Origin: Sulfurimonas sp.
GTDB taxonomy: Bacteria; Campylobacterota; Campylobacteria; Campylobacterales; Sulfurimonadaceae
DNA: 38,726 nucleotides
Assembly: GCA_027063295.1 (NCBI GenBank)
Contig: JAMORZ010000125.1
Location: forward strand, 1-38,726
Direction of reading: 5' to 3'
A program made the position numbers and the translations under genes. Shown here one piece after another: positions 9,780 through 17,548 of this stretch. Each line of letters opens with the position of its first letter. Position 1 is the stretch's first letter. The notes under the pieces are model-generated. The model saw only the letters and a program-made list of their open reading frames with translations, had not been told where the DNA came from and ran no database searches.

Positions 9780-11042
9780 CTAAGCATCCATTTGAAGAGC
9801 TTTTTGGATCATCTGATCTGCAGTTGTTACAGATTTGGAGTTTGCATCATAAGCACGTTGATAGATAATCAGTTCAGTAAGTCCTACACTCATCTCAACA
9901 TTTGAGTTTTCTAAAGCAAAATTCATCACCTCTGCACCTATCACATTTTGCCCTAATTCATCTGTAAAAAACATTGGTTTACCACTGTTGTCACTTACTT
10001 TGAAATGTGTTCCATCAATCCGATCAAGTCCTTGATCATTTTGAAAATGATACACTGCAATTTTACCAACAGAGCTTTGCATACCATTTGTAAATGTAGC
10101 TACAACTTCTGCATTTTTATTGATGGAGTATCCCATCAAATCACCACCAACAGTTCCATCTGTAATACTTGATCCTGGAACAACTGGTGTATCTATAGAG
10201 ACTATCCCACTATACCCTAAACCTAAATCAATATTCACCTGTGTACCATTGTTATCAATAGTTGTAAGTGTTGAAGATACAAGAGCCCCTGATTCGTCAA
10301 AACTAATCTCTCCATACTCTGTAGCATACACAACACTTCCATCATGAGATTGAGTTGTTGCTTTTACACTCCACTGTGTTCCTGGTGGAGCTTGGACAGG
10401 CTTCTTTTCAAATTCCAAGCGCAAGTCATTGTTATTCCCCTGAGAATCGATCACATGTGCACCAGTTGTTACTATCTCATATCCCTCTTTACCGACACCA
10501 ATATTTGCCATAAACTTTGCATTTTTTGTCGGTTCAGCAGGGTATGTAAGTGTTTTTGGAAAACGTAGTTTTTGCTGTGCTGTTGATGCACCAAGTTTGA
10601 TCTCATCAAGTTTTTTTGTTAATGTATCATTTGCAGAGATATTATCTCCCATAGTACCAAGAACATAAAACCCATCTTTTGTAACAAGTGCATCATCTGG
10701 ATTAAATCCAAAAGATCCATCTCTTGTGTAAAGAGTATCACCTTGATCACCTTGAATCCCAAACCATCCATCACCTAAAATTGCCAAGTCTGTACTTCTA
10801 TCTGAAAGTGAAAAAGAACCCTGTGCATTGCTCATGCTAGTAGCTTGCATCTGCACACCAACACCAACACTATCACTTAGTGAAGCACCTGTGTTCATCT
10901 CATTTTCAAACAAAGATGCAAACTCTGCATTATATGAACGAAAACCTGTTGTTGAAATATTTGCAAGGTTATCTGAAACTATATTGATACCACTAGAGTA
11001 TGTTTGTAATCCAGAAATACCAGAATAAAATGCCTGAGTCAT
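9780..11042 (-). CDS. Second flagellar hook/basal-body protein (short FlgE paralogue)
   Basis: SDNLANISTTGF, YTRDGSF, LENSNVEM...QRAYDAN; downstream of flgD. Confidence 0.85.
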   Translation of the reverse strand: MTQAFYSGISGLQTYSSGINIVSDNLANISTTGFRSYNAEFASLFENEMNTGASLSDSVGVGVQMQATSMSNAQGSFSLSDRSTDLAILGDGWFGIQGDQGDTLYTRDGSFGFNPDDALVTKDGFYVLGTMGDNISANDTLTKKLDEIKLGASTAQQKLRFPKTLTYPAEPTKNAKFMANIGVGKEGYEIVTTGAHVIDSQGNNNDLRLEFEKKPVQAPPGTQWSVKATTQSHDGSVVYATEYGEISFDESGALVSSTLTTIDNNGTQVNIDLGLGYSGIVSIDTPVVPGSSITDGTVGGDLMGYSINKNAEVVATFTNGMQSSVGKIAVYHFQNDQGLDRIDGTHFKVSDNSGKPMFFTDELGQNVIGAEVMNFALENSNVEMSVGLTELIIYQRAYDANSKSVTTADQMIQKALQMDA

Positions 11043-11051
11043 AATATACTC

Positions 11052-11717
11052 CTAGTACACTTCTTTAACATTTTCAAGTGGAACATAGTTTGAACCAAGC
11101 TTAAGGAGTGTTTGACCACCATCAAAACGTACCGATTCGATAGGGTATGCACCAAGACGAGTTTCTCTAGCTGTTCCATCTTGATCTGTATATTTTGCTT
11201 TAACATGGTAGATACCACTATTTGCACCATTTCCAGCACTATCAAGTCCATCCCATGTGAACTGATAAACACCTGATGGGTTTGTACCGATATCCATACT
11301 TTTTACAAGATTGTTATTACTATCTAAAATCTCAACAGATCCTTGCTGAATCGACTCTGGAAAATATATCTCAAATGAGGAACTACCACCTTCATCATGA
11401 ACGATCGCATCACTTCCCAAATCTGCTGTTTTCCCTATTGCACCAATTGTAGAGAACTGTTGTGTACTACCCATAGAATCAGCCAAATCTTGCAGAGTTT
11501 TATTTGTATTTTCTGCCGATTCAAGTGATGCCAATTGAGATGTTTGGGAAAGAATCTTCTCGCTGTCCATAGGTTCTGTTGGATCTTGATGTTGCAACTC
11601 TACCAAAAGTAGTGTCATAAAGTCATCTTTGCCAAGTTTTGTTTTATCTTTTACTGATTTTTCAAGGGCAGCCACATCTGCTGTAGTTGCTGCATTGAGT
11701 CCTGTTGAAGTAATCAT
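11052..11717 (-). CDS. flgD: Flagellar hook capping protein
   Basis: LGKDDFMTLLLVELQHQDPTEPMD; FTWDG. Confidence 0.95.
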   Translation of the reverse strand: MITSTGLNAATTADVAALEKSVKDKTKLGKDDFMTLLLVELQHQDPTEPMDSEKILSQTSQLASLESAENTNKTLQDLADSMGSTQQFSTIGAIGKTADLGSDAIVHDEGGSSSFEIYFPESIQQGSVEILDSNNNLVKSMDIGTNPSGVYQFTWDGLDSAGNGANSGIYHVKAKYTDQDGTARETRLGAYPIESVRFDGGQTLLKLGSNYVPLENVKEVY

Positions 11718-11727
11718 CTCAAATCCT

Positions 11728-13152
11728 TTAAGCGTAGTATGGAACTACAATTTCAAGAGAGCTTAGAATCTCTTCATGCTCCTCTTGCTGAGCAAAGTAG
11801 TTGTACTCTTGCTCTTGTTGTTGTCCTCTTTGGTGTTGTTGCTGCTGTTGTTGAGATTGAGCGTTTTCACCTTGAGAGCCACTATTAAAATTTAATGAAG
11901 CATTATTTATTCCATTATTTTGTAATTGCATTTTCAAATCATTTGCATTCATCGCCAATGTGTTGATAGCAGCATTGTTTGATGTGAGGTTAATATGAAG
12001 ATTTTTACCCCTCTGAACAATAGTTAAATCAACCTCTCCAAGTCTTTGAGGATTAAGTTGTACCTTTACCCTTGTAAATGGTGATTTATAATCATCAATA
12101 GCTGCTTTGACATCTTGAGAGAGATACTTTGTCATCTGTTTTGCTTCGTTGAGTTTAACTTCAAAACTATCTGCTTTAAGTACAGACCCTCCATCTTGTT
12201 TTGCAACAACACTCTCTTGTGTATCACCTTTGAGAAGAGACTCTAAGTTTTGTGTTGATTCTTTGGTTGCCTGTGGTGCTATCACTTTTGCTGTTGCTAC
12301 AGAAAAATCAGCTGTCAAAAATGGTGTACTTGCATCACTTTTTTGCACTTTGTCACCACGAAGCAACATCTGCAGTGTCTCATCTGCTTTTTGTTTTGGT
12401 GTTTTTTGCTCTGGTTGAACTAGTTTGGTTTGCACAAGCTGTTGGGTTGTTGGTTGAGTCATCTGTTGATGTTGCATTTTTGTGTTTTGTGCTTGAGACC
12501 CTTGTTGAGCTACAACCTGTTTGGTCTCTTTTTTGATATTTTCTTCAAATTGTGGTGTATCATCAGCCTGAACTTGCTGTGAGTTTTTCAAATCTTTTTT
12601 TACAATATGTTTTGGTTGAGTATCACTCTCTACAAGATCATCATTACCCAAACTGCTTTTAGTTGTGGTTTTTCCTTCAGATGTCACCTCTTCTAAAGTG
12701 ATATTTGAAACATCAATATCAAATTTCTTCGCCATATCAACAAGACCTTTGAGTGTTTGTGGCAAATCTTTTGTCTGTGCTTTTTTATACCCTTGGGAGT
12801 TATAGATCTGCTCTTTAAGGTAAGCTTTTGCATCTTCAATACGAGTTTGAAGCTCTTTTGATATAAGCACAGCAAGCTCGCCCTCTCCCATCTCCTCTTC
12901 ACCTTGTAATAAAGTAAGCAATGATGTTTTGCCATCAGTACTCTTAGTCTCTGTGGTATCCTCTTGTTCACCTAAAAGGGCAACAATACCATTTTGTGCC
13001 CCTTGAGAGTTTTTTTCATCCTTTTGTGACACCACACCTTTAAGAAGTTCAGAAAAAGAAAGAGCACCCTCTTTGGGTTCATCTTGTGTAGAGAGGGAGC
13101 TTGGTACAGATGTAGAAGGTTTTTCTGGGGTTATATCTAAAGATATCATCAT
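11728..13152 (-). CDS. fliK: Flagellar hook-length control protein
   Basis: Low-complexity N-terminus, C-terminal LNPQRLGEVDL domain, poly-Q tail, upstream of flgD. Confidence 0.85.
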   Translation of the reverse strand: MMISLDITPEKPSTSVPSSLSTQDEPKEGALSFSELLKGVVSQKDEKNSQGAQNGIVALLGEQEDTTETKSTDGKTSLLTLLQGEEEMGEGELAVLISKELQTRIEDAKAYLKEQIYNSQGYKKAQTKDLPQTLKGLVDMAKKFDIDVSNITLEEVTSEGKTTTKSSLGNDDLVESDTQPKHIVKKDLKNSQQVQADDTPQFEENIKKETKQVVAQQGSQAQNTKMQHQQMTQPTTQQLVQTKLVQPEQKTPKQKADETLQMLLRGDKVQKSDASTPFLTADFSVATAKVIAPQATKESTQNLESLLKGDTQESVVAKQDGGSVLKADSFEVKLNEAKQMTKYLSQDVKAAIDDYKSPFTRVKVQLNPQRLGEVDLTIVQRGKNLHINLTSNNAAINTLAMNANDLKMQLQNNGINNASLNFNSGSQGENAQSQQQQQQHQRGQQQEQEYNYFAQQEEHEEILSSLEIVVPYYA

Positions 13153-13196
13153 AAGCTCCTCTTTCCCTTGTTTGAAATAGGGTTTTTTAAAGAGGT

Positions 13197-13212
13197 AGCA
13201 TATTATGTTCCA
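13197..13212 (-). promoter_or_regulatory. Sigma54 promoter of fliK-flgD-flgE2
   Basis: Minus strand TGGAACATAATATGCT, GG-N10-GC. Confidence 0.78.
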
Positions 13213-13217
13213 TGATA

Positions 13218-13637
13218 TCAGATAACTTTGGCAAACCTATCTAAACAGTGAAGGTCATACTTCAAAAATCGACTTACACTATCTTGCATAAAACCTAAAA
13301 TCTCCTCTGTTGTTTCCCCATCTACAGGGTAAGAGAGTAAAAAAGATTGTAAAGGCCTTGAGAAAAACTCATCAAACATTTTTTTGACTATCTCTGCACC
13401 ATACTTATCAGTATATGGCAACACAAAAAAATAGTCAGATTCATGATTTACAATAGAATCTGATGTCCTGAGTGTGGAGATAAGTGAAGCATCTATAAGT
13501 TCTTGATCGATCCCATCAAAATTACAATAAAGCAGTGTAAAACTCTCAGCTCTATTTTGGTCAAGTCTATCTGAAATACCGATGTTAAGATCCACCAGTT
13601 GTTTAAAATTATCAAACGAAAAATGTATACCAGCCAT
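13218..13637 (-). CDS. Hypothetical protein, degenerate GGDEF-like fold
   Basis: LRTSD...YFFVLPYTDKYGA and LSYPVDGET resemble GGDEF flanks; GGDEF motif absent. Confidence 0.6.
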   Translation of the reverse strand: MAGIHFSFDNFKQLVDLNIGISDRLDQNRAESFTLLYCNFDGIDQELIDASLISTLRTSDSIVNHESDYFFVLPYTDKYGAEIVKKMFDEFFSRPLQSFLLSYPVDGETTEEILGFMQDSVSRFLKYDLHCLDRFAKVI

Positions 13638-13700
13638 GATGTAACCTTTTTTAAGGAGTTTGTCTAGTATATCCTCTCTTTTCTAAAAGTTAAATAAGCA

Positions 13701-15365
13701 CTACTCTTCAAAAGAGACCAATTCACCACGTTTGAGCTTTGCGATCTTTCCTCTGTATTTTCTAATGAGAAAAGCCTTTTGCTCAAACGATATATTCGTA
13801 GCAAGATTGATCTTTTTTAATTCTCTCTCATAATACTTCATCAAAAACATACATAACTCTTGTGTTAAGTGCTCTTGCGTTTGTATTGCTCTAGTGCTCT
13901 CATCAACCATTATTGCCATCAACTCAGGTATCTGTGTATCTCCATTTAAAGCAGCCTGAAACTCCCGTGAGTGAAACTGTAAAAGAGAGGGGTCTAATAC
14001 ATCTAAAATCTGGTCTATAAACTCAGGATGCTCCAATATTGTTTTAATTAAAGTGAGTTCCCACATATCTCTGTGGGTATTTTTTTGCATAGGTTGCATT
14101 GTTTGTTGCGTTTGCTGAGGTGTGATTTTGACAAGTGAAGGTGAAACACCAAGCCCACCAAGACGTGAAGCAAGATAGGTTTTATACTCCTCTTGCAAGA
14201 TAGGAGAAAGTGTTTTAAGATAGCTCACCCCCTCTTGCATACAGGCCTCTTTGGCTTTTGGGTCTCTTAAATCATACAAAGAAAGAAGCTCATCGAGCAC
14301 AAACTCTATAAAAGGTTTTGGAGTATGAAAAATATCACTCAACTCCGCAATGCGACCCTCTTTTACCATATCTGCAGGATCTAGACCCCCTTCAAACACA
14401 ACCACTCCACCATTAAAGCCACTTGCACTTAAAAGTTTGCTTGCCTTCAATGCTGCTGCACGACCAGCTTTGTCGCCATCATAAGCCATCACAACACGGG
14501 GTGAGCCTTTTCGAAGCAGTGGCAAGTGCTCTTGTGTGAGTGCTGTTCCAAGTGTTGCTACTGCATGCTCAAACCCTGCTTGATGCAACATAATCACATC
14601 TAAATACCCCTCGGTGATGATAATCTCACTGCGTTTGTAGATAGACTGCTTTGCATGATGGTAAGCATATAAAAGTCGAGACTTGTTAAAAAACTTTGTC
14701 TCTGGAGAGTTGACATACTTTGCCTGATGCCCTGTGATAGTTCTTCCACCAAACCCTACCATACTACCATTTGCCGAGTGGATAGGAAACGTGATACGCT
14801 CAATAAAACGTGCATAGGTTTGATGCCGCTCAGAGTTGTAACCAACTACTCCCATCTCTACAGCTTCATTGATATTGAACTGTTGCGAGGTGATAAAACG
14901 CAGTGTTGCGTCTGAATCGGGTGCATAACCTATACCAAACTTCTCAATAGAGCTCTCATAGATGCCACGCTCTTTAATGTAGCTGAGTGCTGTTTGGTTT
15001 TGTGTTAGCAGTGTCTGATACCACTCGCTGAGTTTTTCTATCACCTGTGAGCGGGGTTTGTTATGTTTGTTATCTGTATATGTGAGTGTAAAGTTATAGC
15101 TTTGTGCAAGTTTCTCAAGCGCTTCAGGGTAGTTGAGCTTTTCATACTCCATCACAAACTTCACAGCATCACCACCAGCACCACACCCAAAACAGTGGTA
15201 TATCTGCTTTTGTGGACTCACTACAAATGATGGAGACTTCTCATCATGAAACGGACAAGGGGCTTTAAAGTTACCCCCTGCTTTTTTTAGCTCCACATAG
15301 TTTCCTACAACATCAACAATATCAAGTCTGGCTTTGAGTGCTTCTATGGAGTCTTGTGCTATCAT
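13701..15365 (-). CDS. dnaG: DNA primase
   Basis: CPFHDEKSPSF zinc finger, HCFGCG, KYVNSPET, EGYLDV, YDGDKAG TOPRIM. Confidence 0.98.
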   Translation of the reverse strand: MIAQDSIEALKARLDIVDVVGNYVELKKAGGNFKAPCPFHDEKSPSFVVSPQKQIYHCFGCGAGGDAVKFVMEYEKLNYPEALEKLAQSYNFTLTYTDNKHNKPRSQVIEKLSEWYQTLLTQNQTALSYIKERGIYESSIEKFGIGYAPDSDATLRFITSQQFNINEAVEMGVVGYNSERHQTYARFIERITFPIHSANGSMVGFGGRTITGHQAKYVNSPETKFFNKSRLLYAYHHAKQSIYKRSEIIITEGYLDVIMLHQAGFEHAVATLGTALTQEHLPLLRKGSPRVVMAYDGDKAGRAAALKASKLLSASGFNGGVVVFEGGLDPADMVKEGRIAELSDIFHTPKPFIEFVLDELLSLYDLRDPKAKEACMQEGVSYLKTLSPILQEEYKTYLASRLGGLGVSPSLVKITPQQTQQTMQPMQKNTHRDMWELTLIKTILEHPEFIDQILDVLDPSLLQFHSREFQAALNGDTQIPELMAIMVDESTRAIQTQEHLTQELCMFLMKYYERELKKINLATNISFEQKAFLIRKYRGKIAKLKRGELVSFEE

Positions 15366-15372
15366 AAAGTGT

Positions 15373-15378
15373 ATTATA
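15373..15378 (-). promoter_or_regulatory. -10 box directly upstream of dnaG (possible leaderless transcript)
   Basis: Minus strand TATAAT-acacttt-ATG; no SD. Confidence 0.55.
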
Positions 15379-15472
15379 CTATGATTGTTCTAAAAACTAA
15401 GGTGGTATAACACTTATAAAGTTGTCATTAAAACTGTACAATACAGATAAATTTTATAACAAAGGGGAGCGA

Positions 15473-15655
15473 ATGTGTCTTCTCATAGCTACTGCCATAC
15501 TTTTTGCAGCACTAAACTTCTATGATAAAGGGCTGACTACACAAGCATATATGAGTAGTTTTGTTGCTCTGTTGCTGTATAGTTTTTTCCTCTTTCGAAT
15601 GGTAAAAAACAGAAAATGTATCTTTGGAGATAAAAAAGATTGTAATAAAAGATAA
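15473..15655 (+). CDS. Small hypothetical membrane protein (60 aa)
   Basis: SD AAGGGGAG before ATG at 15473; two hydrophobic stretches and a C-terminal C-x7-C. Confidence 0.6.
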   Translation: MCLLIATAILFAALNFYDKGLTTQAYMSSFVALLLYSFFLFRMVKNRKCIFGDKKDCNKR

Positions 15656-15705
15656 ATTAAGGTATAATTGCATTTCAAATTTTAAAAGAAAGTGGGTGAT
15701 GTGAT

Positions 15706-15918
15706 ATGCCTGGTATCGTACTACGCCATGATGACAACTTTGATGCAGCTTACAGACGTTTCAAGAAGCAGACTGACCGTAACTTAATCGTTACAGAAGC
15801 TCGTGCTCGCCGTTTCCACGAAACTGAAACTGAAAAGCGTAAAAAATTCAAAATTGCATCTCGTAAGAAAATGCTTAAACGTCTTTATATGATGAGACGT
15901 TACGAATCACGCCTGTAA
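15706..15918 (+). CDS. rpsU: 30S ribosomal protein S21
   Basis: MPGI...[11 protein letters not shown]...YESRL; TATAAT at 15663-15668. Confidence 0.96.
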   Translation: MPGIVLRHDDNFDAAYRRFKKQTDRNLIVTEARARRFHETETEKRKKFKIASRKKMLKRLYMMRRYESRL

Positions 15919-15939
15919 TATAAGCCTTCGGGCTTATAT
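15918..15939 (+). terminator. Hairpin after rpsU
   Basis: ATATAAGCC-TTCG-GGCTTATAT, 9-bp stem, UUCG loop; weak U tail. Confidence 0.7.
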
Positions 15940-16023
15940 ACTCCTAAAATCAAACCTCTACTTTAAGTTTTCTTTTTTCTATCCATTTCTAACAACAGAT
16001 GTCCAAAGCACTCTACAATTCTA

Positions 16024-16053
16024 TTGATTTATGTTCATTTAATATGCTATAAT
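16024..16053 (+). promoter_or_regulatory. Sigma70 promoter for intergenic RNA
   Basis: TTGATT (16024-29) and extended -10 TGCTATAAT (16045-53); no long ORF follows. Confidence 0.7.
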
Positions 16054-16059
16054 TTCATT

Positions 16060-16140
16060 GAAACATTAGAATGCCTCGTGGGTAGCTCCCACATAATGGC
16101 ACTGTAAGGGGTAAGATTTCGGTCTTATCCCTTTTTTTTT
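16060..16140 (+). ncRNA. Candidate ~80-nt sRNA or terminated leader, complementary to the SD/start of the downstream peptide ORF
   Basis: Bounded by promoter and terminator; 16061-75 AAACATTAGAATGCC pairs with GGCATTTCTAATGTTT 16195-16210 (one bulge). Confidence 0.6.
16106..16140 (+). terminator. Rho-independent terminator
   Basis: AAGGGGTAAGAT-TTCG-GTCTTATCCCTT with a T9 run (16132-16140). Confidence 0.85.
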
Positions 16141-16204
16141 GCCTTTTTTTTGGCATTTCGTGGGTAGTGTTGGGTGGGAGTGCTATTGCAAAGGGGCATT
16201 TCTA

Positions 16205-16261
16205 ATGTTTAGGATTATAATCCTATTGCTAATCCTTGGTTATTTTACTAAGTTATTTTAG
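16205..16261 (+). CDS. 18-aa hydrophobic peptide MFRIIILLLILGYFTKLF, Ibs-like candidate type I toxin
   Basis: SD-like AAGGGG at 16191-96, ATG 16205, TAG 16259-61, hairpin just after; size and composition resemble Ibs peptides. Confidence 0.62.
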   Translation: MFRIIILLLILGYFTKLF

Positions 16262-16306
16262 CACATGGAGAGGGTAGCTCCCTCTCTTTGTTACTTCTCG
16301 CCAATT

Positions 16307-17548
16307 CTAAAACTCAATCCCAATTCCAAATAATAACTGATAATCATCCTTAAGAGGTTCAACCCCATTTGCCTCTATCTCTGGTTTTTCAATATGATCC
16401 CATATCCCTGTGATATCAAAGTCCAACCATGATAAAAGTTCATTTTCAAGTGTTGCTATCATGTGATGTTTATAGAGTCCAGACTTTTTGTCTGTAAAGG
16501 TCAAATTGTATTTAAAAGTGATATCACTTACCTTAGATATCTCATACTCAAACCGTGTACTCATCTCAAGTGCAAAAGAGGTAAGTTCATCCTCTTCTCC
16601 ATCAACAACAGATATATACTCGGTATGAATCATCGCTGGACCACCAGAGATATCCCACTCAATCTTTTTTTTATCAATAATAGTATATCCCAAACCTATA
16701 CCCAAAGAGTATTGATTATCAATATTTTGAAACTTATCTTGATAATATTCTGAAAATATTGGTGTCCAGAAAAAATAGCGAGTGATATATACATCATACT
16801 TTTCATTGAGACGGTGATCGTTTGCAGTTTCAACTCCATTGACATTAGATATACGACCTATATAATCAAACAACAACCTTGTTGTTGCTGTATTGCGTTT
16901 TATATTTGCTTTTACATTATAATCAAACTGCTCTTTGTTTCCTTCTCGTATCTCAACACTAATGGTTACTTTACCACTCCAATTATGTTGCTCTTTTTGT
17001 GATGATTTTGCAAGGGATACTATCTGATCTTTATCAAACTCATATGTATGATCCCCTTGAATGATCTCTATCTTTCCATTTCTATAACGTAAAATACCCG
17101 ATATACTTGCAACACCCTCTATATTTACATCAACGATATGATAACTCTTAATCTGCTTGATATCTTGAAAGTTGAAGGTATAGAGTCCTACCTCATCACT
17201 ATCAAACTCCAACTCCTCATCATACATAGCTTTAATCTCACCCTTAAACCACTCACCAGACTTTGTTTGTATCCAGTCATATTGTTTTGGAGTTGGTGAG
17301 AGATCTTCCCATGGTTGCTGCAGCTTTGCAAGATCGACATGACCACCATCATCAACATCTTGTGCCACATCGCTGATGGAGATTTTTGCTCTTGGTGCTT
17401 TTGTGCGATCATCTTTATTTGCTTTTTGGCGAAGCTGTTCTTCACTTAACCCTGACATATCTTCAATAATAACAGGTTCTTTTGAACTCTCTTGCATCTC
17501 TTGTGCCATCAAACCAACAACACACAACAACCAAAAAAGAAGCTTCAT
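16307..17548 (-). CDS. DUF481-type outer-membrane beta-barrel protein
   Basis: Signal peptide, amphipathic strands (YSLGIGLGY), C-terminal GIGIEF. Confidence 0.72.
   Translation of the reverse strand: MKLLFWLLCVVGLMAQEMQESSKEPVIIEDMSGLSEEQLRQKANKDDRTKAPRAKISISDVAQDVDDGGHVDLAKLQQPWEDLSPTPKQYDWIQTKSGEWFKGEIKAMYDEELEFDSDEVGLYTFNFQDIKQIKSYHIVDVNIEGVASISGILRYRNGKIEIIQGDHTYEFDKDQIVSLAKSSQKEQHNWSGKVTISVEIREGNKEQFDYNVKANIKRNTATTRLLFDYIGRISNVNGVETANDHRLNEKYDVYITRYFFWTPIFSEYYQDKFQNIDNQYSLGIGLGYTIIDKKKIEWDISGGPAMIHTEYISVVDGEEDELTSFALEMSTRFEYEISKVSDITFKYNLTFTDKKSGLYKHHMIATLENELLSWLDFDITGIWDHIEKPEIEANGVEPLKDDYQLLFGIGIEF

Larger units (their letters stand above)
16080..16282 (+). repeat. Direct repeat GGGTAGCTCCC (16080-90, 16272-82), each a hairpin with a TAGCT loop
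   Basis: GTGGG-TAGCT-CCCAC and GAGAGGG-TAGCT-CCCTCTC; TCGTGGGTAG also occurs at 16076-85 and 16158-67. Confidence 0.8.

Noticed and set aside
11800-11860. Poly-Q codon run in fliK as a phase-variable repeat
   Set aside because: Mixed CAA/CAG codons in frame; low complexity is usual for FliK
16061-16210. Retron ncRNA or 6S RNA suggested by end-to-end pairing
   Set aside because: No reverse transcriptase in the window; an internal terminator and overlap with an SD/ATG fit 6S poorly. Not fully excluded without an Rfam scan.
16076-16282. Mini CRISPR array
   Set aside because: Repeats are only 10-11 bp, irregularly spaced, and there are no cas genes
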